Positions 18,863 to 33,543 of a DNA stretch of 64,000 nucleotides are shown here, in pieces. The DNA is from Spirochaetia bacterium. Its GTDB lineage: Bacteria; Spirochaetota; Spirochaetia; CADAEX01. The position numbers were made by a program, and so were the translations under genes. The notes beneath the pieces are model-generated. The model did not search any database. It worked only from the letters and a program-made list of their open reading frames with translations, and had not been told where the DNA came from. The stretch lies in NCBI GenBank assembly GCA_963662265.2, contig CAXXHA010000004.1, forward strand, positions 1-64,000, given 5' to 3'. The first letter of the stretch is position 1. Each line of letters opens with the position of its first letter.

Positions 18863-19534
18863 TTATTTACTGTTCGGTTTTCTTATTTGTTTAACAGTCT
18901 CTGCGGGATTATCAGATCCGAAAAATGATGATGCTGTAATAAGTATGTCTGCTCCGTATTCTATAAGCTGTTCTGAAGTAGACGGGTTAACACCTCCATC
19001 AATCAGAATTTTGAATTTTAAAGATTTTTCCCTGCGGATTTCATCAAGCTGTTTAATCTTGTCTACACATGACGGGATCAGTTTCTGTCCGGAGAAGCCC
19101 GGATTGACTGTCATGATCTGAACAAAATCAACATCTTCAATTATTTCCGAAAGAAAACTGACAGGTGTAGACGGTATAATGCAGATACCTGCTTTAACCC
19201 CTCTTGATTTAATATAGTCAATTGATCTGTGAACATGGGTATCAGCTTCAAGGTGAAATGAAAGCATGTCTGCCCCTGCATCTATATATGAATCCAGAAA
19301 TTTTGCCGGGTTATTTACCATAAGATGAACATCCAGTTTGAGATCTGTAATTTTCCTGATATCAGCAATAAATTTGTTTCCGAAAGTTATATCAGGAACA
19401 AAATGTCCGTCCATTACATCAAGATGAAGAAGATCAATTCCTGATTTTTCACAAAGTTTTACAGCATCTGAAACAGCAGAGAGATCTGATCCGTATATTG
19501 ATGCTGAAATTAGAGTTTCATTTTTATTATCCAT
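18863..19534 (-). CDS. rpe: Ribulose-phosphate 3-epimerase
   Basis: LHLDVMDGHFVP, DVHLMV, MTVNPGFSGQ, IDGGV. Confidence 0.96.
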   Translation of the reverse strand: MDNKNETLISASIYGSDLSAVSDAVKLCEKSGIDLLHLDVMDGHFVPDITFGNKFIADIRKITDLKLDVHLMVNNPAKFLDSYIDAGADMLSFHLEADTHVHRSIDYIKSRGVKAGICIIPSTPVSFLSEIIEDVDFVQIMTVNPGFSGQKLIPSCVDKIKQLDEIRREKSLKFKILIDGGVNPSTSEQLIEYGADILITASSFFGSDNPAETVKQIRKPNSK

Positions 19535-19588
19535 ACTTTATTAAAGCAAATTATTATAATTAAAGCAATTATGTAATTTGCTCTTTAA

Positions 19589-19616
19589 TTGACTATTTTC
19601 TGCTTCTGGGTATAAT
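19589..19616 (+). promoter_or_regulatory. Sigma70 promoter of the TPR-greA operon
   Basis: TTGACT-16 nt-TATAAT, then RBS AGGA. Confidence 0.65.
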
Positions 19617-19629
19617 AGTAGGAAGGATT

Positions 19630-20577
19630 ATGGATAAACGTGTTATAAACAGCCAGAACGAATTAAGTGCTATACTGCATCGGACAAGAGATATTATTAA
19701 AAACGGGGATTTTGATGAAGCGAGAACTGAACTTGAAAAATGTTTATCCATTGATTTTAATAATTCTGAAGTTATAACCGGCCTTAAATATGTAAATTTC
19801 TGGATTGAGAGAAAATTGAAATTCCATAACGTTTCAGGTCATTTTGAAAGAGGAATGTATCTGTTTAAACAATGGGAAAAATTCCAGGAATTTATACAGA
19901 AATATGATTCAAAAGATGATATGACTCTTTATGCTTTAAAATACTGGGTGTTCAGTCAGGCATTGTATCATTTTCTGGAAATTCTCAACCACTCACCTGA
20001 TGATTATGAAATGCTGATAAAAATCGGTGTTTCATATAAAAATCTCGGTGATTACTGCAAAGCGCTGGAATATCTTGAATATGCCGGCAGTAAGAAGAAT
20101 GATGATGCAGAGCTGCTTTCTGAAATGGCTGACTGTTATGCTTTTATAAACGAGGTAAGAGCTGCAAAGATCTTTTTCAGGGAAGCTTTTTTCATAGATC
20201 CTGCAAAAGTCAATCTGTATTCCATGGAATCTCTTCTTATAGGAAAACTCATTGATAATATCAGGACCCAGGGATATGTGAATGAGGAACTGAATGAGTG
20301 GATACCGGTTTATGGAGTCCTGTACGGAGTTTTCAATATCAAGAGGGAACTGAAAGCCCTTGAACTTGGAAAACTCAAGCAGTCAATTCATTCCCTGGAA
20401 AACAGATATGAAGAGGAACCTGAAAAAAGATATGTGACAATCCCCCGTCTGATCAACAGATACTTCTGGCTTATAGATTATTACATAAATGTAAAAGACA
20501 GCCGGGACAGGATTGAGGATGTTCTAAAGAAAATTAACAAATTAAATCCTTCAGTATATGAACTTTATACTAACTGA
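19630..20577 (+). CDS. Cytoplasmic TPR protein
   Basis: TPR IGVSYKNLGDYCKALEYL, MADCYA..FFREAFFIDP; upstream of the long greA. Confidence 0.8.
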   Translation: MDKRVINSQNELSAILHRTRDIIKNGDFDEARTELEKCLSIDFNNSEVITGLKYVNFWIERKLKFHNVSGHFERGMYLFKQWEKFQEFIQKYDSKDDMTLYALKYWVFSQALYHFLEILNHSPDDYEMLIKIGVSYKNLGDYCKALEYLEYAGSKKNDDAELLSEMADCYAFINEVRAAKIFFREAFFIDPAKVNLYSMESLLIGKLIDNIRTQGYVNEELNEWIPVYGVLYGVFNIKRELKALELGKLKQSIHSLENRYEEEPEKRYVTIPRLINRYFWLIDYYINVKDSRDRIEDVLKKINKLNPSVYELYTN

Positions 20578-20624
20578 GGTTGTTATACTTTTCATTATTT
20601 TATAAAATACTTCTGGAGATAAAA

Positions 20625-23318
20625 ATGAGTTCGAAAACAATTGATAAGATTAGTCACCTGCTTAATGAAGAAAAATGGACAAGAGCTACTATTAAGAGCT
20701 ATTCAATCACAAATTTCAAGGATCTTGATGAGCTGATTGATGACGTTATGGATGAGGAAAATCAGCAGGAGATTGTTGATATCTGTGAAGAGCATCTGCA
20801 TCATACTAAAAACAGTATAATTGCTCTTTACATATCCGGAATTATTTCACTTTCCAGACATATGATAGATGATTCCAACCTGATGATACTGATCAACATT
20901 TTTTCAGATAACCATAAATGGAATGTTGTTGAGTATCTCTGTGAACGTATCCTCGGATTCGGTGAAAACAAATTTGCACTCAGAACACTTGCAGAGTGCT
21001 ATGAAAATGAAAACGAAGATGAAAAGAAGTATGAAATATGGGAAAGACTGGTAAAAGTTGATTATGATGAGACAGAAATAGTAAGACAGCTGGCAGAGAA
21101 GTATGAAGAGGAAGATAATACAGAAAAAGCTGTTGAATACTACAAAAAAGCTGTCCACAGGTATGTGAATAAGAAACTTTTTGCAAATGTTAAGGACTTG
21201 TGGGCAAAACTGCTTGAAATCTGTCCAGACGATATAGATTTTTATTATCATTTAAATAAAAAGATAGCAAAAAACATAAGCACAGAGAGAGCGTCCCAGC
21301 TTCTTGAAGAACTTTATGAATATTACAAGGAAAGGCAGGAATGGGACACTGCTATTGATATTCTGAAGAATATTCTTCTCTTTGATTCAAAAGATACAGA
21401 TACACGAAGTGAGATTATTTACTGCTTCAGGCAGAAATACAGCTATCACAGCCAGGTTGATGAATATATAAAAGTATCAAATCTTGCTCAGAAATGGAGA
21501 AATATCAACGAGGCAATTTCCGATTTTGAAAAACATATTTCTTTTGATGCGGGAAACTTTGTATTCCACAGATCATGGGGAATCGGCCGGATCAAATTGA
21601 TTAAAGGCGATAATGTAGTTATTGATTTTATCAAAAAGAGAAATCATAAGATGTCTCTTAAAATGGCTGTAAATGCACTCACCATGCTTGGAAAAGAGCA
21701 TATCTGGGTAATTAAAAGCACAACAAAGAAAGATAAACTCAGAAAAATGGTTAAGACTGATATTGCATGGGCATTAAAGACAATTATAAAGAGTTTTGAT
21801 AATGCAGTAGATATGAAAAGGATAAAATCCGAGCTGGTTCCGGGAATTCTCACACCAGGAGAATGGACAACATGGAGCAATGAAGCAAGGAAAATACTCA
21901 AAACTGATTCTGATTTCGGTAACCTGCCTGACAAGGTTGATTTCTTTGTTGTCAGGGACACACCTATTACCTATGAGGAAAAAACATTCAACAAATTCAA
22001 GGCGGAAAATAATTTCTTCGGAAAGGTGAAGACTTTCCAGGATTTCATGGATGAGATATCAGTTGAATCAGACTATTTTCCTGAAATGTTTATATATTTT
22101 ACAAATTACCTGAGGTCTTACTCTGCAGTTAATGAATATGTAATAAGCAGTTATCTTATTATGGAAATGGTTTTAAACAGTTATCCTCACATGAACCCGA
22201 ATATCCAGATTGATTTCAGGGAAATGTTTGAAGAGATTGAGGATCTCTCTGGACTGTTTCTTAAAATAACAGACAGCGATCTTAAGAAAATGTTTCTCAA
22301 TAAAATCAAAAAGGAAATTGAAGGCTGGCAGGATATTTTTGTCGAGCTTTTCCCTGTCTTTTTAAACAAATATATCATTGATTCACTCAACAAGGCCGGA
22401 AAAAAAGAATCCATAAAAAATCTTATAATGAATATTCAGGAAAATTATAAGGATTTCAGAGAAGCATTTATCTGGATCTACAAGAACAGTGAAGATTATC
22501 CTTTTTTCAAGGATTATTTTTATGATGATGAAAAAGTGCTTGTCAACATGATTCATCTTCTTGATATCACATACAGGGAAATAATCAACAAGAGAAATGT
22601 AAGCACAAATAAAAAGATAAATAGGCAGATTTCTATTTATCTTTTCAAGGAAAACAGGCTTGTTGATTTCATGAAAGAAGCTGACCGGGAAACAGTTATA
22701 AGGATGATATCGCTTATTGATGATGTTCAGGGACTTGATCCGGGAATGGTTGTGGATCTCAAGAAACTTGTTAAGGAAAAATATTCAGATATTGCATTTA
22801 TCGGCGAAAACGAAGAAATCGAAACATTTTCAAGAGGCGGTATAACTGTTACAGAAGCTGCTCTCGATAAGAAGAAACTTGAACTAAAACATATACTTGA
22901 AGTTGAAATTCCACTCAACTCCAAGGAGATCGGGGCTGCTATTGAGCTTGGAGACCTTAAGGAAAATGCTGAATACAAGGCAGGTAAGGAAAAACAGGAA
23001 CTTCTCAATATCTCAGTGGGTAAACTCAAGGAAGATATTGAAAAATGCAAGGTTTTTGATCCTTCAACAGCAGATACTTCTAAAATATCATTCGGTAGTA
23101 TGGTAGAGCTAATTAACAGTGAAACTGGAGAAAAAGAGGTTTATACAATTCTCGGACCATGGGAATCTTCTCCGGAGGAAAATATTATTTCATATATGGC
23201 ACCTTTCGGTAATGCACTGTTGAATGCCAGAACAGGTGATAACCTGGAATTCACAATCAATGACAGAAATTACAAATATGAAGTAGGTAAAATTAAATTA
23301 TCAGAAATATTTAAATAA
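20625..23318 (+). CDS. greA: Transcription elongation factor GreA, long spirochete type (N-terminal TPR/helical extension)
   Basis: C-terminal AIELGDLKENAEY, ISFGS, ISYMAPFGNALL; ATG 20625 after GGAG. Confidence 0.93.
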   Translation: MSSKTIDKISHLLNEEKWTRATIKSYSITNFKDLDELIDDVMDEENQQEIVDICEEHLHHTKNSIIALYISGIISLSRHMIDDSNLMILINIFSDNHKWNVVEYLCERILGFGENKFALRTLAECYENENEDEKKYEIWERLVKVDYDETEIVRQLAEKYEEEDNTEKAVEYYKKAVHRYVNKKLFANVKDLWAKLLEICPDDIDFYYHLNKKIAKNISTERASQLLEELYEYYKERQEWDTAIDILKNILLFDSKDTDTRSEIIYCFRQKYSYHSQVDEYIKVSNLAQKWRNINEAISDFEKHISFDAGNFVFHRSWGIGRIKLIKGDNVVIDFIKKRNHKMSLKMAVNALTMLGKEHIWVIKSTTKKDKLRKMVKTDIAWALKTIIKSFDNAVDMKRIKSELVPGILTPGEWTTWSNEARKILKTDSDFGNLPDKVDFFVVRDTPITYEEKTFNKFKAENNFFGKVKTFQDFMDEISVESDYFPEMFIYFTNYLRSYSAVNEYVISSYLIMEMVLNSYPHMNPNIQIDFREMFEEIEDLSGLFLKITDSDLKKMFLNKIKKEIEGWQDIFVELFPVFLNKYIIDSLNKAGKKESIKNLIMNIQENYKDFREAFIWIYKNSEDYPFFKDYFYDDEKVLVNMIHLLDITYREIINKRNVSTNKKINRQISIYLFKENRLVDFMKEADRETVIRMISLIDDVQGLDPGMVVDLKKLVKEKYSDIAFIGENEEIETFSRGGITVTEAALDKKKLELKHILEVEIPLNSKEIGAAIELGDLKENAEYKAGKEKQELLNISVGKLKEDIEKCKVFDPSTADTSKISFGSMVELINSETGEKEVYTILGPWESSPEENIISYMAPFGNALLNARTGDNLEFTINDRNYKYEVGKIKLSEIFK

Positions 23319-23323
23319 AAATT

Positions 23324-23352
23324 AAACAGTCTGCTTTAAGGCAGGCTGTTTT
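23324..23352 (+). terminator. Intrinsic terminator after greA
   Basis: AAACAGTCTGC-TTTAAG-GCAGGCTGTTTT. Confidence 0.7.
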
Positions 23353-23466
23353 AATAAAAGTAGATAATTTCGGAGGGAATGTATTTACTTCCATTAACTT
23401 CTAAAACAGGAAGATTTTCATCCTTTTGTATATGCAGGCACTTCACCTCCGCCGGAAAAATAAAAA

Positions 23467-25299
23467 ATGAAAAAAAGAATAGTTTTAATAATATTACTGG
23501 CGCTATGCGCTTTTTCTATATCGGCTAAACCGATTGATGTCGTGGTAATGCTTGATACATCTGAGAGTGTTCTGCCTATATATGAAGATCTTGTTAATTA
23601 TATAGTTAAAAATGTTCTGACAAACCATGTCAGGTTCGGCGATACATTTCATCTGATAAGTTTTGATTCAAAACCGGAACTTATATATTCGAGGCAACTG
23701 CAGAACAGCGATGACCTGGAAGAGGTTGTAGCTGCTCTGTTCCTTCTTAATCCACTGGGAAAACATACCGATCTTATAATGGCTTTAAACTTTCTGAATC
23801 AGCATGTTTCAACACTTTCTGATGCAGGAAGCAGCGAAATTATCATATTGACTGACGGGATACATGATCCCCCGCCGGATTCCCCTTTCAGGGATGTTTT
23901 TGCAATTGATAAAAACACCGGGGAAAGAATCAATCTGCTTGAAAAAGAAATAAACAATATAACAAGGAACGGCTGGAAAGTAAGCCTTGTTAAGCTTCCT
24001 GTAAATGGAAAAACTGAAGGACAGGCAGATTCTGCTGAAGATAGTTCAGGAAATGCCGGAAATGCTTCCGGGTATTCTGAAGGAAGCAAGGAAGAGTCTG
24101 AAAAAGGAATTACAGAAGGATCAGTTGGAAAAACTGATCAATTTCATGAATCTGATCAAGTAAGTACTGATTCAGTATCATCTGCAGCAGGTACTGACCT
24201 TTCAGCTGAAAAGGGAAACAACTCAAGTCTCAATTCTTCAGATATAGGAACAGGTGTTGACGGTAAAACTGATATACAGAAAATAACTGATCAGGAAAAC
24301 GGCAAAGCAGAAAACAATATTTTTTCATTTACTGAAAAATCTTCATCAAAAATATACCATACTGATTTCGTTGAAAGTTCAGAAACAGACAACAATACAG
24401 CTACAGGTTCACCGAGGATAATATATCCTGAGAAGCTGGGAAAGATTAAATATCACTTTAAACTGCCTGTGAAGATTGAAAATTTCTACAGCAGGCCGAT
24501 ACTGCTTAAGCTTGAAAGAGTATTATACAGCAATGAGAATATTTTAAAGGAAAAGTTAAATATAAAACTTGATAAGGAGCAGCAGAAAAAAATTAATATG
24601 GATCTTCAGCTGCCCTATTCTGTACAGCCCGGCCATATAAGCCTTGATATCAGGCTGGAATTTTCAGATTCAAACAGGGCATACCCTGAAAATGCAGTAG
24701 TTCCTGCAGTTCTTAAGAAATCTCTTACTGATTTTCTCAAGGATCTGAATATTGTATTCAAGATAATTTTTCTCGTGATTATTGCTGCGCTTCTGATAAT
24801 TTTCTTTATGATATTTTTCAGCTCATTTGTACATGTATCTGTGCGTGATACATATAATGTGATTAAAAAAGATATTGAGGTAATGGTAAGCGACAAGGGG
24901 CTAAGGCCGCTGGCGCTTAAGGTTATAGGACAGAATGATAACAGGATAGGTTCTAGGAATATACATTCTTTCAATGATAAAGCTGTCAAGACTATGGGCG
25001 GAGGACATTCTTCATATCTGATTTTTCTTTATAAACTACCCTCCCATATTGCTGAAATCAGCCACAGCGGGGGCAAGTATATTCTTACAGTGAAAAATGC
25101 TGATTATTTCCCTGAAATTGAAGAAGAAAGTGCTGAAATTATACCGGGAAAAAACATAAAGATAAAAACAGAGAACAGTATGATAATTGAATGTTATTTT
25201 TATGAATATATCTCTCCTCTCGAACAGATTAATTCAATAATGAAGCTGACAGACTACAGAGGTATGCCGGAAAACAGGCTTTCAATTTACAGTAAATAA
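23467..25299 (+). CDS. Membrane-anchored vWA (MIDAS) domain protein
   Basis: Signal peptide, DTSES..T..TDG MIDAS, S/G/E-rich linker, beta-rich domain, TM at about aa 430-455, cytoplasmic tail. Confidence 0.85.
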   Translation: MKKRIVLIILLALCAFSISAKPIDVVVMLDTSESVLPIYEDLVNYIVKNVLTNHVRFGDTFHLISFDSKPELIYSRQLQNSDDLEEVVAALFLLNPLGKHTDLIMALNFLNQHVSTLSDAGSSEIIILTDGIHDPPPDSPFRDVFAIDKNTGERINLLEKEINNITRNGWKVSLVKLPVNGKTEGQADSAEDSSGNAGNASGYSEGSKEESEKGITEGSVGKTDQFHESDQVSTDSVSSAAGTDLSAEKGNNSSLNSSDIGTGVDGKTDIQKITDQENGKAENNIFSFTEKSSSKIYHTDFVESSETDNNTATGSPRIIYPEKLGKIKYHFKLPVKIENFYSRPILLKLERVLYSNENILKEKLNIKLDKEQQKKINMDLQLPYSVQPGHISLDIRLEFSDSNRAYPENAVVPAVLKKSLTDFLKDLNIVFKIIFLVIIAALLIIFFMIFFSSFVHVSVRDTYNVIKKDIEVMVSDKGLRPLALKVIGQNDNRIGSRNIHSFNDKAVKTMGGGHSSYLIFLYKLPSHIAEISHSGGKYILTVKNADYFPEIEEESAEIIPGKNIKIKTENSMIIECYFYEYISPLEQINSIMKLTDYRGMPENRLSIYSK

Positions 25300-25312
25300 A
25301 GAATTATGCAGG

Positions 25313-25340
25313 AAAGCAGGATAATTATCCTGCTTTTTTT
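25313..25340. terminator. Terminator between convergent genes (likely bidirectional)
   Basis: AAAGCAGGAT-AATT-ATCCTGCTTT followed by further T residues. Confidence 0.8.
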
Positions 25341-26721
25341 ATATATTTTCCAGGACAGATTTTGCATAGTTTTTAACAGATGATGAGACCTTGTCTTCTG
25401 TAAATGTCTTAACCTTATCTCTCAGAGAACTGCATTTATTGTTTTTTATCCCCTTGAGACCTGAAAGCTTGATTTCAAGCCTTGGGTGATCCAGCATCCT
25501 TGAATACAAGTCTGCAAGATTATCTGATTTTTTATCTGCAAGAGTGCTGCATGCTGTACCGAGGAGAACAGGTGTTGTTGATTCCCATTCTTCTTCAAGT
25601 ATTTTTTCAATAACTTTTCTGGAACCTTCAAGGTCGTTATTTATAAGTTCAATAAGGGAAAGCTTTCTCAAAGATACTGAAGTTTTTTTATCTGAAGCCT
25701 TTTCTCTGAGGAATTTAAGGGCTTCTGAATCTGCTATTACTGATAATGCTTTAACAGATTCAATCCTGACCGGATTTGCAGGGTCAAATTCAGCTTTGTA
25801 TTTCAGATAAGGGACAAAGCTGCTTTTCTTCATTCCGGCCGCAGATTTTGCAGCCTGCTTTCTTATCTGCCAGCTGTCATCTTTCAGTGCCTGAAGCATT
25901 ATAGTCTCAGTATTTTCTTTATTGAATTTGGAAAGAGCATCAAGAGCATAGGATCTTATGAAAGGATCCTGGTCTTCATATGTTTTTAAAAGAAAAGGAT
26001 AAGCTTTTTCATCGCCAATGAGGCCAAGCGAATGGCATGCATACTGCCTGGATGTCTTGTCTATGTAGTCATCATCAAGTATATCTGTCAGAAAATCGAC
26101 TGCATTGCTGTCTTTCAGTTCACCTATGTATAATAATATTTCAGTTCTGACCCTGTCGCTTTCCTCGTTATCATACTGTTCCATCAGTTTTTCTGTGTAT
26201 TCACTGTTTCCTGATTTAGCAAGAGCTTTTACAGCTTCTATCCTGTATGATTCATCTGCAGATTCGAGAAGACTGATGAAATCTGAATTGTATTTATCCT
26301 TGCCTGTCTTTGAAAGGTATATTATTGATTTTCTGACAACATTTTTGCCGGAATATTCCCTGTCTTCAATAAAATTATAAACTGTTTCATCTGAACTGTA
26401 ATGTTCCGTAGCAATGAAAAGTTCAATAATATTTTCAGCAACTTTTCTGTTTTTTGTTTCACTTAAGATTTCTGTGAGACGGTCATTGAAATCCGGATTT
26501 TTTTCCTCTTTAAGAGTATTGAGAAGTTCAAGTATTTCTGAATTTATACCGTAAAGGAGTTTCTCCTCTCTCTGTTCTTTTATGCTTTTTTCTTTTTCAG
26601 CAGTTTCTTTTTTCTGTTCCTGTTTTGTTTCCTTATTTTCAGTGTCTTGAGTACTTACCTGTGCAAAAAGCGGTGATAATATAAAAATGAAAAATATAAG
26701 AAAAAATATTTTAAATTGCAA
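25339..26721 (-). CDS. Exported HEAT-repeat protein
   Basis: Signal peptide; repeated R..A...LG.IGD, D.D..IR..A..AL motifs. Confidence 0.85.
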   Translation of the reverse strand: MQFKIFFLIFFIFILSPLFAQVSTQDTENKETKQEQKKETAEKEKSIKEQREEKLLYGINSEILELLNTLKEEKNPDFNDRLTEILSETKNRKVAENIIELFIATEHYSSDETVYNFIEDREYSGKNVVRKSIIYLSKTGKDKYNSDFISLLESADESYRIEAVKALAKSGNSEYTEKLMEQYDNEESDRVRTEILLYIGELKDSNAVDFLTDILDDDYIDKTSRQYACHSLGLIGDEKAYPFLLKTYEDQDPFIRSYALDALSKFNKENTETIMLQALKDDSWQIRKQAAKSAAGMKKSSFVPYLKYKAEFDPANPVRIESVKALSVIADSEALKFLREKASDKKTSVSLRKLSLIELINNDLEGSRKVIEKILEEEWESTTPVLLGTACSTLADKKSDNLADLYSRMLDHPRLEIKLSGLKGIKNNKCSSLRDKVKTFTEDKVSSSVKNYAKSVLENI

Positions 26722-30485
<3,764 letters not shown>

Positions 30486-30489
<4 letters not shown>

Positions 30490-31766
30490 CTTATAAACCT
30501 CTTTATGTAAAGGGTAGCAGCCATGATAGATATGATAAGATTAGGCATCCACATAGAAAGTACAGGATTGAAATAACTCCTTATTCCCAGTGTGTGGCCT
30601 GCGAAGAGAAGGCACCAGTAGAATACAGAAACAATCAGGCCAAGCCCGAAACCAACAGATTTGCCGCTTCTTCTTGTGAAAAGTCCTGCAGGCAGCGCAA
30701 ACATGGAAAGAAAAAAGCAGGAAAGAGGAAGTGCGAATTTTTTCTGGTATTCAAGTTTGTATATCTGAAGAGGCCTGTCTCTGACTTCGCTGTATTTTAT
30801 GTCTTTGTAGGTCTTGAAAGCCTTATCCATATTTTCCCTGTATATTCTTTTTTTGTTGCTGTCAGTTGTTTCTGAGCTTAATTTCAGATAGGATGATGCA
30901 AAGCTCAGATAGTTGGTTTCATTGGAATATGATATTCTCTTTTTCTTCTCTTCAAGATTCTCCTGCTTTTCTCTGATTGATTTATAGACATCAACCGAGC
31001 TCATTTCTCTCGGCCCGGGATTCCTGATTGAAACACTTATATCGCTGAGAAGAATATTATAAATCATTTTTTCCGAAATAAGATAGCTGTAATCAAGTTC
31101 TTTTTTTACATCATCAGAATGTGTGAACACATTATCCAGGTTGAGAGATATAATTCCCCTGTTGTTTCTGTCTTCCAGGAAAAATGCTTTATCAGCTGTA
31201 ATGAAACGTCTGTTTCCACTGCTGTCCTTGTCAATAATTATCAGGTCATCTATTCTTTTGTTTCTCACATTTCCTGTCACCAGTACAGTATCCTGGTATC
31301 TTTTGATTGAATAAGGTTCAAGTTCTAGTTCAGGATTTGAATATATGAGTTTCCTGTAGAGTTTTATGTAGTTGATAGTACCCTTCGGCAGGAAATAGTC
31401 ATTTATGAAAAATGATACAGATGACAGTAATATGCTAAGCATGAGAAAAGGGAGAAATATCTGAAAAAACCTTATTCCTGAGGCCTGAAATGCAAGAATC
31501 TCGTTGTCTGATGACAGTCTGCCTGTAGTCATGAGTGCTGCGACCAGGGTGGCAAAGGGAAAGGAAAGTGAGACCATTGCCGGCATGAAGTAAACAAGAA
31601 GCAGAAGAACCTCTTTTACAGGTATTTTTTTTGCAAGAATATGTTCTGCAAGGAGGAGTATCTGATTTACGAAGAATATAAAGAAAAAGAAACAGAAACA
31701 GACTACAAATGAAAAGAAAAATTCTTTTGTAATATACTTGTAATAAATAGGTACAGCAATTTTCAT
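30486..31766 (-). CDS. lptF: LptF/LptG family permease (LptF-like)
   Basis: GRLSSDNEILAFQASGI, KKFALPLSC, WMPNLI. Confidence 0.82.
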
Positions 31767-31827
31767 TTTATTCTCAGAATTAATGATACGGTAAAAACCG
31801 CATCATTGTTGATATAATTTTATAAAT

Positions 31828-32274
31828 TTATGTTCCGGTTGATCCGAAACCTCCGGTACCTCTTACTGTTTCCGAGAGGCAGACATCAATTTTAAAGCTG
31901 CCCCTGACTACAGGTGCTATTATCATCTGTGCGATCCTGTCGCCGCATGAAATACTGAAATCATTCTGACCGAGATTTATAATTATAACCTTGATTTCTC
32001 CCCTGTAATCAGAATCAATTGTTCCGGGAGTATTCAGAAGTGTAATACCATGTTTTACTGCAAGGCCTGATCTTGGCCTGATCTGTGCCTCATATCCTTC
32101 AGGAAGTTCTATTTTGAGACCTGTGGGAACAAGATATCTTTCTCCCGGCTTAATTATAATATCCCCTTCCGGGAGCCATGCGAAAAGGTCTGCGCCTGCT
32201 GCATGTTCTGAAGAATAAACCGGTATATAATCGCTGTTTTCAATTCTGCATTTAATATTAACATTATTGTTCAT
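31828..32274 (-). CDS. dut: dUTP diphosphatase
   Basis: [36 protein letters not shown]. Confidence 0.98.
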   Translation of the reverse strand: MNNNVNIKCRIENSDYIPVYSSEHAAGADLFAWLPEGDIIIKPGERYLVPTGLKIELPEGYEAQIRPRSGLAVKHGITLLNTPGTIDSDYRGEIKVIIINLGQNDFSISCGDRIAQMIIAPVVRGSFKIDVCLSETVRGTGGFGSTGT

Positions 32275-33543
32275 TTACTGCTCCATTAACCCGATTTTCA
32301 AATCTGCAACAGAGGGATCAATGCTGTTGCCGTATACAAGGGTATTAAAATAGTCTTTATTTAAATTATTATCTATGAAATCATTGATATTATTCTCTGT
32401 AACATTGTAGAGAATATCAAGGGATTCATCATAATCAGGTGTCTTTCCGCATAAGATGTAATGCCTGGCTGCTCTCTTCATTCTGAGTTCCATATCCTCT
32501 TTTGCCAGTATAAGACCCCCCTCAAGATGTGTCTTGGCATCTTCAAGTTCAGCATTTGTAAACCTGTTTCTGTTGATTATACGAAGTTCATTTATGAGTT
32601 TTTCAATAAGCTTACCGGTATTTTCCGGAACTGTATTTGCATAAATATTCCACATTGAAATATCGGAAAAAAAAGATCTGAATGAATATACTGAATAACA
32701 GAGACCTGAATCTTCCCTCAGTTTCTGGTAGAACCTTGAACTCATTGATTCACCTGCAAGAGTGCTGAAAATAAGAAAATGATAGTATATTTCCATTTCT
32801 TCAGGTGTTTTTATATCAATTCCCGTGTATATCTGAACCTGTCGTGTTTCTTCAGGAATGATGTCAAAACTGAATTTCTTATTATGTATATATGTTTTCT
32901 TATCAGCATATTTATTATTTCGTGAAGGTAGACTGCTGTTCAGATAGTCTGTCAGTTCCTGCTGATTGATAGATCCTGAAACAGAGATTACCAGGTTTTC
33001 CTGAATATAGTTTTCCAGGTAATAATTATAGAGTTTGTCCCTGCTGATATTTTCAATATCTTCAATTTCACCTGTTATTTTCCAGCCGAGTGAACACTCA
33101 GGCCACATTTTTTTCATGAATAGATCATAGCTGTTGTCTTCAGGATTGTCTTCATATTCACCGATTTCACTGATAATAACATTTTTTTCCTTATCAATTT
33201 CAAGGCTGTCGAAGAGTGGATTGAAAATAATGTCGATTAATATATTGAGAGCATAATAAAGATGTCTGGAAGGGAAAGTACAGTAAAAACAGGTTACATC
33301 TTTTTCTGTAAAAGCATTGATATTGCTTCCTATCCTGTCGAAAGATCTTGCAATATCGGAAGTTGATCGTTTTGAAGTGCCCTTAAAAAGGATATGCTCT
33401 ATAAAATGAGCATACCCTTTCTGTTCACGGGCTTCATTGATTGAACCGTGGTGGAACCAAAATCCGACTGATATGATATCTGTATGACTGATATTATCAA
33501 GCAGTAAAACAGATCCAGGATCCAGTTCAATATGTTTTATCAA
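32275..33543 (-). CDS. M16 family zinc peptidase
   Basis: HFIEH inverted zinc motif, [22 protein letters not shown]; typical position downstream of pnp. Confidence 0.92.
   Translation of the reverse strand: MIKHIELDPGSVLLLDNISHTDIISVGFWFHHGSINEAREQKGYAHFIEHILFKGTSKRSTSDIARSFDRIGSNINAFTEKDVTCFYCTFPSRHLYYALNILIDIIFNPLFDSLEIDKEKNVIISEIGEYEDNPEDNSYDLFMKKMWPECSLGWKITGEIEDIENISRDKLYNYYLENYIQENLVISVSGSINQQELTDYLNSSLPSRNNKYADKKTYIHNKKFSFDIIPEETRQVQIYTGIDIKTPEEMEIYYHFLIFSTLAGESMSSRFYQKLREDSGLCYSVYSFRSFFSDISMWNIYANTVPENTGKLIEKLINELRIINRNRFTNAELEDAKTHLEGGLILAKEDMELRMKRAARHYILCGKTPDYDESLDILYNVTENNINDFIDNNLNKDYFNTLVYGNSIDPSVADLKIGLMEQ

Noticed and set aside
20625-23318. Giant GreA as a novelty
   Set aside because: Long GreA proteins are established in spirochetes and chlamydiae.
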